A stretch of DNA of 64,000 bases from Dehalococcoidia bacterium (GCA_965197645.1 OZ240219.1:1952001-2016000); one strand, 5' to 3'. Shown: positions 48,749-60,600, counted from the stretch's first letter. A program made the numbers and translations. Notes: generated from the sequence alone by a model not told the origin.

Positions 48749-50407
48749 ATGTCGCTAATGTCCCAATTGTCTGGGCTAAAAGGGCGATGGTCGTGGCGCA
48801 GGTTCGAGCGTTCTGCCAAGCATCCTGAGGAATCCCAGTCGCGACTCCTTCAACGTATCCTGGAAGGCAACAGCGACACGGCCTACGGTAGGGCACACGG
48901 TTTTACGGAAATGAGGTCGGCCGAGGATTACAGGGGCGGTGTGCCCATCGGGGACTACGAGGCGTTTCGCCCGTGGGTCGAACGGCTTAAGGAGGGTGAA
49001 TGCAACATACTGACCGCTGAGGACCCGTACATGTTCAACCTGACAAGCGGCACAACCGGCCATCCGAAGTTCATCCCCGCTACCCGATCCACGGCGCAAA
49101 TGACCAAACGGTTGTCCCGGCTATGGCTATACCGGTGTCTCGTGGACCATGCCAAAGTGCTTGATCACAAGGCGCTGGTGATCGTGAGTCCGGCTATCGA
49201 GGGATATACGACCTGCGGCATTCCTTTTGGGTCGGCTTCCGGGAACATATACAGTAATGCGTCCTGGGTAATACGGCGACGGTACGCCATTCCCTATCCC
49301 GTGTTCACCATCAAGGATTACCAGGCCAAATACTATGCCATCATGCGGTTCGCCATCGAACAGCGGGTCTCCCTGGTCGCTACTCCCAGTCCTAGCACTG
49401 TCCTGAGGTTGGTTACGACGGTGGACACGCACCGAGACCAAATGATAAGGGACGTACATGACGGTACTCTCTCCAAGAACATAGACATCTCGTCAGAGGT
49501 GCGCGAGGAGGTCGAGGCAAGACTCGAACCGAACCCGAAGCGCGCTAGGGCATTGGAAAGGACCATTGAAGACACGGGATCACTCAGGCCTAAGGACTAC
49601 TGGCCGGAGTTGGCGTTGATCGGTTGCTGGAAGGGCGGGAGCGTGGGAGCTACTGTGGACAGTCTGCGTCCCTGGTTTCGGAAGGGAATGCCCTTTCGTG
49701 ACATCGGATATCTCTCCAGCGAGGCCTCCGTAACGCTTCCCACTGAGGACGAAGGATGTAGGGGAATCCCGGCCCTGGGTGCGAACTACTACGAGTTTAT
49801 CCCCGAGAACGAAATTGAGAGTGGCAACCCTTCCGTTCTAGGTGTTGAGGCGCTGGAGGACGGCGAGAGCTACTATATTCTCTTGACCTCACCCAATGGC
49901 CTCTACCGGTACGACATTAACGACGTTGTACGGGTTGCGGGTTACCATAACAGGACACCCTTGTTGGAGTTCATGCGGAAGGGTCGGGACATGATTAACC
50001 TGGAAGGTGAGAAGCTGCACGTGTCCCAGTTGATTCAGGCAGTTGAGGCGGCGCGGGAGTCCATGGGAATCGGCATTGAATACTACCGGGCCGTGGGGCG
50101 CGCCGAGGAGTCCCGGTACGCTTTGCAGATAGAGTTCAAGGCAAACCCGGTTGCAGACGAGGCAGTCGTTCGGCTTGGGCGAGCCATTGATGACAGCTTG
50201 TCGGGGCTGAACATCGAGTACAATCAGAAAAGACGGTCGCGGCGGCTTCATCCTCCCGCTGTGCAGGTGATGGCCCAGGGCTGGTCTTCGCGGCGACTAG
50301 AGGCCAAGCTTGGCCGAGCCGTTAGGGATGTCCAGTTCAAAGACGAGCTGCTGGGACTGCATGACGAAAACGACGGTGGTGAAGTGCAGAGAGAGCTCGA
50401 CATTTAG
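48749..50407 (+). CDS. GH3-family acyl-adenylate amide synthetase
   Basis: TSGTTGHPKFIP, GYLSSEA, NYYEFIP, GLYRYDINDVVRV, EGEKL. Confidence 0.9.
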   Translation: MSLMSQLSGLKGRWSWRRFERSAKHPEESQSRLLQRILEGNSDTAYGRAHGFTEMRSAEDYRGGVPIGDYEAFRPWVERLKEGECNILTAEDPYMFNLTSGTTGHPKFIPATRSTAQMTKRLSRLWLYRCLVDHAKVLDHKALVIVSPAIEGYTTCGIPFGSASGNIYSNASWVIRRRYAIPYPVFTIKDYQAKYYAIMRFAIEQRVSLVATPSPSTVLRLVTTVDTHRDQMIRDVHDGTLSKNIDISSEVREEVEARLEPNPKRARALERTIEDTGSLRPKDYWPELALIGCWKGGSVGATVDSLRPWFRKGMPFRDIGYLSSEASVTLPTEDEGCRGIPALGANYYEFIPENEIESGNPSVLGVEALEDGESYYILLTSPNGLYRYDINDVVRVAGYHNRTPLLEFMRKGRDMINLEGEKLHVSQLIQAVEAARESMGIGIEYYRAVGRAEESRYALQIEFKANPVADEAVVRLGRAIDDSLSGLNIEYNQKRRSRRLHPPAVQVMAQGWSSRRLEAKLGRAVRDVQFKDELLGLHDENDGGEVQRELDI

Positions 50408-51411
50408 GTCCTGTACAAGTCTCGTTGATGAACATGGTTGCCGTGTAATAGCAAAATGATGTTCGTTGAGCGTTTCGATGCAGTCGGCGTAGGAGTCGGC
50501 AGTGGCGCACTGTTAAGTGTGGACCGCCAAGGGCCAATTGACCCGGTAGCCTGATTGCGGTTTTACTCCGAGAAGCGCTATGAAGGTCTCTCTGGATGAA
50601 GCGTACGTCAAACTGAAGGCCATGACCGAAGCCGCAGACCTCCTTCGGAGACGATACCGTAGGGCTGACCGCGTTGGCACGTATACGTGAATCAAGCCAA
50701 CGGAATAGATTAACTGAGTCTACGGGACCAGCCTCGCCCGGCTGTACCGGGACGAAACATACCTGCGAGTTGAACAAATCCTGCACTGTACAGAGGGTGT
50801 AAGTCTAAGCCCACAGCCAGTCGAGGTCGGAGAAGGCGAGCTTCCGCTCGAAATTCTCGATGTTCACTCTTTGGAATCAATAAACACGGAAAACTCAGAT
50901 ACTCATGGGCGGTCGGTTTGGGTCCATTCAAGCCGGGGCGGATTTTTAGACAACAGTCTGCTGCGAGATGGCGAGGCCGCCGCAAACGGACTTCACGTCT
51001 CCTAGATGTCCATCTTCGGCTGCCAGCAACCTGTCCTTGGCCTACCCTTGCCTGAGGTCCTCATGCCGGCAGACCCTGTTCCGGTGCTGACCTGCAAATC
51101 TCTCGTGCTCAGGCCTGTACAGAAAATGGAGCAACGTCAAGTGGGTTGGTATAAGATAACGTGTGTTACAGAGGCTGGGTGCACGTCAAGAGCTGTTAGG
51201 CCTCATGGAGGAATTGACGATGTCACTTGAGATTCACGAATACGGCCATAGATATCGGCGAATCTGTTCGCAGATCCCTGAAGTCCAGTCTACCGGATGA
51301 AGGAAAAACCTGGTGGTCGACAGCAATCCGAGCATGCCCAGGCTCGCCTCTCACCAGACAGTTCCACTGTCATCCTATAGACTTCGAAAGTACACAGTGA
51401 GACTATAGACG

Positions 51412-52320
51412 ATGATTGAACGATTTGCAGGCCAAAAAGGGCGCAGCACTTCCATCGAGGCGCTTAGAAACCAGTCAGCACTCCTTGGAGAAGCTGGCCT
51501 TGGAGAGGCAGTCTACGATCAGGCTGAAATCCTTGGATTTGAGCCAGGCGAAACGATCATAGAAGAATCAGATCCAACCAACGACGTATACTTCATCCTG
51601 TCCGGAATCGTCTCGATTAGAGTAAATGGGCGGGAAATAGCTGTGAGAACACCTGGACAACACGTGGGGGAGATGGCTGTCCTGGATCCAGGGCAACGAA
51701 GATCCGCATCCGCCGTTGCAGAGGATGACGTGGTGGTCGCCCGCGTGGACGCGTTGACACTAACCACAATCGGTGAATCTTTTCCACAACTATGGAAAAA
51801 TATCGCCCGTCAGCTTTCTGAACGACTTCGGCAAAGGAACCGTCACGTTCTTCCCGTCAATCCTCGCCCCGTTCTGTTCGTGGGCTGTTCAACTGAGTCT
51901 CTCAATATTATTCGTGAAATCCAGATTGCCCTGGGCCACGACCCGATCATCGTCAAGCTGTGGACGGACGGCATCTTTAATGCTGGCAGCTTTCCACTAG
52001 AGTCTTTGGAGCGGGAGCTAGAAAAAGTCGATTTTGCCGTCCTCGTCCTTTCACCAGACGATATCGTGATTAGCCGAGACTCCGCAACCGATGCGCCTCG
52101 GGACAACATTGTGTTTGAGTTGGGATTCTTTATGGGGGCCTTGACTCGCTCGCGCACTTTCCTACTTGTTCCACGGGGCGTCGACTTCAAGCTGCCGACC
52201 GACTTGGTGGGAATAACTCCTTTGACGTACAGCCCTGAGATGGAGCCAGCTACTGCCGCCGCTGTGGCGGGGGCGTGCACGGAGTTGAGAAACCTCATAC
52301 TGGCAATCGGACCACGTTGA
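51412..52320 (+). CDS. pycTIR: Pycsar effector: cNMP-binding domain + CAP12/Pycsar TIR NADase
   Basis: YFILSG...GQHVGEMAVLDPGQRRSAS; LFVGCSTESL, VDFAVLVLSPDD, PRDNIVFELGFFMGAL, KLPTDLVGIT. Confidence 0.88.
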   Translation: MIERFAGQKGRSTSIEALRNQSALLGEAGLGEAVYDQAEILGFEPGETIIEESDPTNDVYFILSGIVSIRVNGREIAVRTPGQHVGEMAVLDPGQRRSASAVAEDDVVVARVDALTLTTIGESFPQLWKNIARQLSERLRQRNRHVLPVNPRPVLFVGCSTESLNIIREIQIALGHDPIIVKLWTDGIFNAGSFPLESLERELEKVDFAVLVLSPDDIVISRDSATDAPRDNIVFELGFFMGALTRSRTFLLVPRGVDFKLPTDLVGITPLTYSPEMEPATAAAVAGACTELRNLILAIGPR

Positions 52321-52340
52321 GGTTTCTGGAAGATCAAACT

Positions 52341-53033
52341 ATGTCACTTGGTGACGATCTGAAATCGGAAGTCAAAAAAGTCCTAAAGGAGAGATGGACG
52401 ACACGTCAAGGACGAGTCGTACCTGATCCTGAGGACTTGGGCCTTGGCAACGATGCCGTACTGCTAGACGGCACGGTTCTCTACGCGGATCTAAATGGCT
52501 CGACCAACTTGGTCGAAACTAGGAAGCCGGAGTTTGCAGCTAAAGTCTACAAGTGTTTTTTGACGTGCGCCGCCAGAATCATCCGAGCCGAAGGCGGAGA
52601 GATTACAGCGTATGACGGCGACCGAATCATGGCTGTATACCTAGGCAAATCCAAGAATACTGATGCTGCCTCTACTGCTCTTAAGATAAATTATTCAGTT
52701 GCGAAAATCATCAACCCTGCCCTAAAGGACCAGTATCGTGGCACTTCATATGCTGTACAACATGTAGTTGGCATCGACACCAGTAACCTCTTCGTGGCAC
52801 GGATTGGCGTTCGGGGAGATAATGACCTTGTGTGGGTCGGCCGAGCTGCTAACTACGCGGCTAAGCTGTCGGATGGAGCTGGCGCACCTAGTCAGATTAC
52901 CGCCGACGTTTACAGCAAAATGCGCAAGTCATCAAAGTATAGCGAAGACGGACGGAGTATGTGGGTACAAGCTACCGCTCCGGCACTAGGAAACAAGACG
53001 ATTTACACCTCAACCTGGCGGAGGACGATTTAA
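52341..53033 (+). CDS. pycC: Pycsar pyrimidine (probably uridylate) cyclase
   Basis: TVLYADLNGST, AYDGDRIMAV, VVGIDTS, RIGVRGDNDLVWVGRAANYAAKL; recalled close resemblance to Burkholderia cepacia PycC; adjacent to the cNMP-TIR effector. Confidence 0.88.
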   Translation: MSLGDDLKSEVKKVLKERWTTRQGRVVPDPEDLGLGNDAVLLDGTVLYADLNGSTNLVETRKPEFAAKVYKCFLTCAARIIRAEGGEITAYDGDRIMAVYLGKSKNTDAASTALKINYSVAKIINPALKDQYRGTSYAVQHVVGIDTSNLFVARIGVRGDNDLVWVGRAANYAAKLSDGAGAPSQITADVYSKMRKSSKYSEDGRSMWVQATAPALGNKTIYTSTWRRTI

Positions 53034-53165
53034 CGGACACTGCAAAACCCTTGTGGATCATCGATTTCGGACATTGCCACGGGACCTCCGATCAGAGGAA
53101 TCACTGATCTAACCGCCAGGCATCTGGAGCACCGCTCCCATGACCGACCGCCAGGGCAGGAAGCG

Positions 53166-53745
53166 TCACGTGGAACACAGCATCGAGGCGTGGCGAGGCA
53201 GACTAAGTACGCGGAACACATCATCTGGTTCCTCTCGCTGCTTCATGCGGAGGTCCGGGTCCATGCCTTTGATGGCTTCGGTGATATCCAGCTGGCGCTG
53301 AAGACCTACCGGGAACAGTACGCTGATAATGTACTCATCCTCAGACACGCCCTCTCCGGGTCCGGGGGCATCGTCCAACGCATCCTTGAGGGCCATCTGG
53401 CAGACCAGCACGCCGTCGTGCCAGTCGGCGACTTCTTCCGGCGGATTCACTGCGTCCAGTCGCTCCGTGAAATCTTCCAAAGCCGCCGAGAATTTCTCGA
53501 GGGCGAAATCCCCGTCATCGGGCCCAGACGTAGCTCCGGCACATATCGCCGGTAGTCGTAGAGAGACGTTGGGGAAGTGTCTTGCACCCGGTCAGCCAGA
53601 GTCGACGCTGGGGTGCTCTTTGGGGTTTTATCCTCGTCGTCCCAACCTCCGAGGGCATAGAGCTATCCCCACAGGCGACAAAGGTCATCAGGATAACCGA
53701 TAGCGCCACCAGGGTTAAGAGACTGCGTATTCCGGACTTGCTCAT
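53166..53745 (-). pseudogene. Fragmented lipoprotein gene
   Basis: Signal with lipobox FVAC at 53745, then a frame break; acidic helical remainder (LDAVNPPEEVADWHD) in another ORF. Confidence 0.55.
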
Positions 53746-53991
53746 GACAGTGTGTTCTCCTGCCTTGGATTTTCAGCGATCAATTACCTCTCTCAGACCG
53801 TGCCGCGTGTCCATGAATTCATCTCCCTTGCGTTGCGGGCCGCGTCAGCCGGCGAACAGGTGACCGAGCCACATCTCAAAGATGGTGGTATCTACCGTAA
53901 GCGCTGGTGGATTCGACTGTCCCGACCACCTGCCGCCGGCCGTGCTCCACACATGCCGCCTCTCTGCCCTTTGGTTGCTCCTCAGTGCGGA

Positions 53992-54636
53992 CTACCGCCG
54001 CCGTCTACGGATAAATGCCACACCGCCGCCTACTACCAGGACTACCCCGGCAGCCACCAGGACGATCAACCATGCCAGCACACCGCCAATCGACTCCTGT
54101 GCTGGAGGGGTCGGGGAAGCGGCCGTCGCCGGGGCGGCAGTCGGTTCGGGCGCCGAGGTGGCGGTTGGCGTGGGCGCGAGTGTGGGAGTGGGCGTCGGTG
54201 TCGGCGCCGAACCGACGCGGACCTGCGAGTCTCCGGTCACGCTGCTTTCCTGCCGGTCGACGTTCTTGATTTTGCCTGTGAAGGTATACTGCGCTTCCAC
54301 TGCAGGGACGGTCACGTTGTAGGTGAAACTGGTTTCCCCCAGGAGGTTGAACCGGATGGTCTGCCCATCTACCTCGATATGGGCATCCTCAAGGCTGGCG
54401 CTTACGAAGGTGAACCCCTCCGGCAACTCTTCGACCACTTGGCCGATGGGGCCGTCATTGCTCGTGGTGATTGTGATCCGCAGCTCGCTGCCGGGCGCAG
54501 CCCAGTCCTGCTGAAAGGTCCTAGTGGCGCTGTGGGACTGTGCCTCTACGCCGTCGGGCTGCGCCATCAGCCCAACGCCGCCCACAATGGCGGCGATTGC
54601 CAGGGCAGCAATTGCTCCAAGGGGAGTTCGGATCAA
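53992..54636 (-). CDS. Membrane-anchored beta-sandwich (cohesin-like) surface protein
   Basis: Signal peptide; ~110 aa beta-rich domain (SATRTF...VVEELPEGFTFVS...FTYNVTVP...YTFTG); PT linker; C-terminal TM + RRRRR. Cohesin fold is inferred. Confidence 0.7.
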   Translation of the reverse strand: MIRTPLGAIAALAIAAIVGGVGLMAQPDGVEAQSHSATRTFQQDWAAPGSELRITITTSNDGPIGQVVEELPEGFTFVSASLEDAHIEVDGQTIRFNLLGETSFTYNVTVPAVEAQYTFTGKIKNVDRQESSVTGDSQVRVGSAPTPTPTPTLAPTPTATSAPEPTAAPATAASPTPPAQESIGGVLAWLIVLVAAGVVLVVGGGVAFIRRRRR

Positions 54637-54675
54637 TTCGTCCTCCTGTTTGCCGGCGTGACGCCTCTGCCCCCG

Positions 54676-57600
54676 CTACGCAGCAAAATAGCGCGCGACA
54701 AGCGCCAGAACGTCGTCTTTCTCTATGACGCCGGCGAAGTAATCGGAAACCGCTGCTAGAACCTCGTCCTTCTCAATTGTTCCGTTGCGATTGAGGTCGT
54801 AGCGAATGGCCGGCGGCTCAGGCTCGGTGATCCGTATGGACACCTCGATATCCACCGTGATGATCGATCCTCCGACCGAGGCGGCCGAGGCGCTCAGCGT
54901 GACAGTGTAGCTGTCTCCCTCCTCTAGCGAAACTGCCAGCCCGACGCGAATCTGCCCCGTACTCTCGTCTACAGTGAACTTGGCGGAGTCGGTCCGGCTC
55001 AGCGAATATGTGAGGCGGGAGTTGTTGGGGTGCGTCGCTACAACGGGGTTGCCCACAGCATCGCCGGGCCGCGCGCTCGCCGGCAACAGGCGCGTCGTGC
55101 TGGAGCCTTCGGCGAAGCCCGGCGGATCAATCTGGGGGACGGCTATGCCTCCGCTACCACCACCACCGCCTCCGCCACCGTTGCCGCTTGAAGTCCGCTG
55201 GGCAACCGCCGTCACGGTGATGGTCACCGTGACTGTCGCGTCAACTCCGACGTCGGTGGACTGGTAATCAGGGCCATAGCCATCGTGAACGCGAACGTCC
55301 ACTGAGTACGAGTTCGTCCCTTCAAGGTCATAATCCAGGACGGCCTTGGTCAGGATCTGGCCATTGTCCGGGTTGATGTCGAAGAGTAAGTCGTCCGTCC
55401 CGTCCAGCGAGTACGTGAGCACGTCACCCGTGTCCTCGTCGGCTGCCTGCACGGGTGCGCCGACGTTCCGGCCCGCAGCCGTCCCTTGGCCGACCGAGCG
55501 CTCAGGCGCAGTCTCAGTAAATGTGGGGGCGTTGTTGGATGCGGGTCTGTCATTCGAATCTTCAATCCGCCCTGTCACCGCGGCGGAGGCCTCCTTTCCG
55601 CTGCCCCGGTTGTCCTCGTATGTGACGGTGACCCGCAGGTACCGGTCCACGTCGTCCGAGGTCGCGATGTAGGTGCTCGACGCGGCGCCTGAGATGTCTT
55701 CCCAGCTCGATCGGTTGGAGGACCGCTCCCACTGCCACGTCTCGCCGGTGATTCCGCTGTCGTCGTCATGAAGCCCGGCCGTGAATATCGTGCCGTCCCA
55801 CCCCCGTGGTGGCTCGATGGTGATCGTCCCCTCCTCCTCCGCATCCGTCACGGTGACGGTCACGGCCAGAAAGCCTGACAGGGGTGTCGTCTCGTCGTCG
55901 GTGGCGGTGATGGTGACTGTGTAATTCATCTGAGGCTCGAAGCTGGGCGGCGAGCGGAAGTAGAGCTGGCCTCGTTGGGATATCCAGAAGTTGTTGGTGT
56001 CGCTGACCGTCCACGTGAGCGTGTCGCGCTCCGGATCCGTGCCGGTGTACGTCGCGATAGCCCCGTTGGCGTCCTCCTGGAATGACGGCGTATCGTCGCC
56101 CGTGACCACAGGCGCCTCATTGACGTTGGTCACGGTGATGGTCACGCTTTGCCTGTCGTCGACCGCGTTCATGTCGTCGTCGCCGTTCTGGTCCCTGCCG
56201 TCGGTGACTTCCACGGTAACGCGGTACGTCCGCTTGCCCTCGTAGTCCAGCGTCCCATTCTGCGTCAGCCTGATCTGGCCGGAGCCCGCATCGATGGTGA
56301 ACGAAGCTGCGTCCGTCCCGGTCAGCGAGTAGACGAGTGGGTCATTGACATTCGAGTCCCCGGCGTTCAGGTCGGTAGCCTCCACGGGGGCCCCGACTGT
56401 CGTGCCGCCCGCTGAGTTCTCCTCCACTTCGCGCCGGCCGTTCTCCGACGACGGGAACACCGGCGCCGAGTTCACCGGCGGCGGGTCTCCCACGCGCGCC
56501 GATACCTTCTCGGCCGTCTTGTTCGGGCCGTGGTCGTCGGTGTACGACGCCGTCGCGCGGATGTAGTTGCCTCGGTCCTCCTCCAGCGTCGGCGTGTGCA
56601 TGGCGGACGTTGTGCCCTGGATGTTGACCCAGTCCGTCCGCCCGTTCGGCGAGCGCGCCCACTGCCAGGTGAGGCTGCCCGTGGTGACGCCGTCGTCATC
56701 TTCCAGCACCGCCGTCACCTCGACGCGGGCCTGGATCGACTGGGTGTCGGTGGTGAGCGTTATCGTCCCGGGCTCTTCCATGTTCTCCACCGTGATCGTC
56801 ACCGCCTGCGTGTCGTCGATGGTGGTGGACGTGGCGCCGGAGCCGTCCCGCCCGTCGTGTACCTCTACGATGACGCTGTACCTGAGCTTCGTCTCGAAGT
56901 CCAGGTTGTCCTTAACCCGGATCTGGCCCGTCCTCTCCACTATCATGAAGGCGTCGGCGTCCGTGTCCGTGCCGGCCAGCCTGTACGTCAGATTCTCATT
57001 CTCCGGGTCGTCAGCGGCCACGGGAGCGCCGATGTTTGCGCCCGCCCTGCTGTTCTCAGGCACGGTGCGCTCGCCGGTCTCGGTGGACGGGAAACGGGGG
57101 CGCCGGTTCTCGCTCGGAACGGGGTCGTCCGTCACCGCCTCCGCGCTCTTTCCGGCGCCGCGCCGGTCCGTGTAGGTTACCGTCGCCCGCAGGAAAAAGT
57201 CCTCATCGGCCACGGTTGGCGTGTAGCTGCTGAACGTGGCCCCCGAGATGTTGGTCCAGCCGGTGAGCCCGTTCTCGGACCGCGCCCTCTGCCATATCTC
57301 GCCGGTGACGCCGCCGTCGCCGTCCTCGAGGGTTGCGGTCAACGGCATCTCCGTCTCCGGCTCATCGGTCGAGAGGGTGACGACCCCGTCCTCCTCCACG
57401 TCCACGACAAAGATGTCCGCCGACCTGGTGGCGTCGATCGAGGAGTCGGCGATCTCGACGTTGTTTGCGTCAACGCCCTTGCCGTCGTGCAGCGTCAGGT
57501 AAAAGAACAGGGGTCCCGGCGTCGTTTCGAAGTCCAACGCCTGGGCGAGGCGGACCTGCCCGGTGGACGGGTCGATCTCGAAGAGCGCGGCATCCAGTCA

Positions 57601-60600
57601 GGACTGGATGCCGTACGTCAGGGCGTCGTTGTCACGGTCAGTCGCGGAAGTGGGGGTGCCGACGGCCCCGCCTGCGGGGCCCTCCTCGACAGACCAGGAG
57701 CTGACCCCCCGGAACCTTGGCGGCGCGTTGGCGATGGGATTAGCCGTTACCTCCGCAGTCTCTGCGCTCAGGGTCGTCTTCCCCGACCCTCTGCGGTCAG
57801 TGTAGGTGACCATGGCGCGGATCGCCTTCCCTGTGACGTCCTCGTCAACGACCCACGGGAAGGTCGTCGAGGCGGGGGTGAGTACGCCGGAGACCCTCGT
57901 CCATGATCCCCCGGTCGCCAGTGATTGGATAACCCAGGTGATGATGGCGGTGCTGGAGGCGTCGATGTTGCCGTCCGGGTCGGTCAGCCTGAAGGTCAAT
58001 GTCTCTCCCACCGCCGGACTCAGGTTGTCCACCGCGAGGGTGCCGGCCTCCTCCACGTCCCCGACAGTCACCGTGACGGTGACACTAACGTTGCGGCGAC
58101 TCGAGCCACTCCGGATGTCGGTGGCGACCACGCTGAACTCGTAGACGTTGTTGCCTCCGGAGTCCTCCGGCGCCTCGTAGTTGGGCGTCTTGACGAAGGT
58201 GACGACGCCGTCGGCGCTGATGGCAAAATCGCGCCTGTCCGTGCCAGTGAGCGACCAGGTCACCCCGACCTCCTCGTCGCGGGCGTCGTAGTCCGCCAGG
58301 TCCATCACAACGTAGTTGTCGTTCACGTCATGCTCATCGAGGGTTATCGCCGTTTCGGGAGTCCCGGTAAACTCCGGGATCTCGTTCACGTCCGTCACCG
58401 TGACGACGACGGCGTATTCCGTGGTCTTCTTGTCGGTGGCGTCGTCAAAAGCCCGCACGATGATGGAGTAGGTGTTGCTGCTGCCGTCACCTGCGTCGTC
58501 GTCGCGAGGGTGCTCGAAGTTGGGCAACGGGCCCTGGCCGAAGCCGGCGTCCTGCTTGAAGGTCAGAACGCCGGTCGTGGCGTCGATTTCCAGGTAGGCC
58601 GCGTCCGTGCCGACAAGCGCCCACCCGATGGTGTCCCCGTCGTCATAGTCGGTGGCGGTGAACGTGTGGACGTCGGGCCGCGTCCCCGTGAAGTCGTACT
58701 CGATCTCCATGTAGGTCTGCGGCGCGTTGAAATTCTCGTCGATGTCCGGCCGCTCGTTCACGTCGGTGACGGTGACGACAACCTCGAGCTCCCTGGTGTT
58801 CGAGGCGGTGTCCCTTGCCCTCACGGTGACGTTGTACACGTTGTCGCCGCCATTGTCCGCGGGCATCTCGAAGTTGGGCCGCTGGGCAAACGACAGGACT
58901 CCGGTACTGCTGTTGATGGTGAAGTCGCCGGCGTCCGTGCCCGTCCTTGACCACGTGATGGTCTGGCCCTCCTCGTCGCGCCCCTCGTAGTCGGCCACTG
59001 TGAGGTCTGCCGAAGTCGCGTCGTACTCGATCTCCATGAACGACGGGGCGGTATGGCTCGCCGCCGTGGTCGTGATCTCCGGCGTCTCATCAACGTTGGT
59101 GACTGTTACTGTGACGGGGAAGTCCCCGACACCGCCCTGGCCGTCATCCGCCTCCACGACGATCACATACTCGTTGTCAGAGCCGAAGGGGTTCTCAAAG
59201 TCGGGCCGCATGTTGAAGCTGAGGACGCCGGTCGAGCTGCCGATATTGAAGTGCGCCGAGTCTCCTGAGCTGTTGAGGCCCCAGGTGATGGTGTCGGCTG
59301 GATTTGTGTCCTCGTCCGTATAGGTATAGGTGCCGATGGTGAGGTCCGGGGAGGTGGCGTCGTACTCGATCTCCGCGAAATCCGGGTTCGGGACCCCGCT
59401 GACCACCGGCGCCTCGTTCACGTCTTCGACCGTGATCGCGACCCCCTGCGTGTCCTCGATCCGTGGAGACCCGTTGTCCCGGACCGGCACCGTCACGTCG
59501 TACACGTTGTCGGTGCCGGTGTCTGCCGGGACCTCGAAGTTGGGCACGACTCTGAAGTGGAGCGTGGCCGTACCGTTCACGGTCGATTCGATTCTGAAGT
59601 CACCAGCGTCGTTGCCCTGCAAGTCCCACGACATTGTCCCCGTCGTCGCGTCCGGGTCCGCCGCCACGTAGGTGGCGATGATCTCCGTAGTTGGCGTGTT
59701 CTCGTCCTTGGCGATGGTGGCCGGGCCGCTCGTGACCTCCGGCGTCTCGTTGACGTCAGTCACCGTGACGTCTAAGTCGTGCTTGTCGAACAGGCCGCCG
59801 CCGTCGGTGACCTTCACGGTCACGTCGTAGACGTTGTTGGCGCCGGCATCCTGCTTATTCTCAAAGTCGGGCGCGTTCTTGAAGGAGAGTGCGCCGGTCG
59901 TGGAGTTGATGTCAAACTTGCCCCCGTCGTCGGCGGTCTCCACCGACCACATGAGCGTATCCGACGCGTCTACGTCATCCGCCGCAAACGTATGGACGGC
60001 GGTCGAGTTCTCGGGTACCGACCTTGTGGCCGGGGGAGACGTGATCACCGGTGCCTCGTTAACGTCGGTCACATGGAGGTTGACCCCAATGGTGTCTTCC
60101 TTTCTTGGAGAACCGTTGTCCCTGACCCTCACCGTGAAGATGTATACGTTGGGGTTGGTCCCGAGCGAGCCTTTCGGGTCCTCGAAGTCAGGCACGTTCC
60201 TGAACTTGAGCTCCCCTTGCCCTTGGGCGTTCGTCGTGATTCTGAAGTCGCCCGCGTCAGCGCCTTGCAGGTCCCATGTCAACGTGGTGTTCGCGTCTAC
60301 GTCTGTCGCTTCGAATGTCTCGATGACCTCCGATGTCGCCGTGTTCTCAGCTTCGCTAAAGATGTAGGCTGCCCCAGAATTGGTCGTGATCTCGGGCGCT
60401 TCATTGACGTTGGTCACTGTGACCGTGAACGTGTGCGTGTCACTCATTGCGGGAGAGCCGTCGTCTGTGACCTTCATCGTTACGACGTAGGTGTTGTTCA
60501 TGGCCGTGTCGCCCACGTCGGTCGGCGTCTCGAAGTCCGGCGCGTTCTTGAAGGATAGCGACGTGACCACGCCGGTCGTGGCGTTGATCTCAAACTTGCC

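Noticed and set aside
50410-51400. Short ORFs between GH3 and Pycsar
   Set aside because: No RBS or motif support; likely decayed fragments that I cannot assign.
51412-53033. CBASS or Thoeris assignment
   Set aside because: The cyclase is class III adenylate/guanylate-cyclase-like, not a CD-NTase, and the sensor is a cNMP-binding domain, which fits Pycsar.
57537-57600. Frameshift, or two separate genes, at the adhesin break
   Set aside because: Both ORFs are in the same frame and a cadherin repeat spans the junction; it is one in-frame TGA.
57598-57600. Selenocysteine codon
   Set aside because: Position corresponds to Gly in a structural cadherin loop, not a catalytic Cys; no convincing SECIS downstream.
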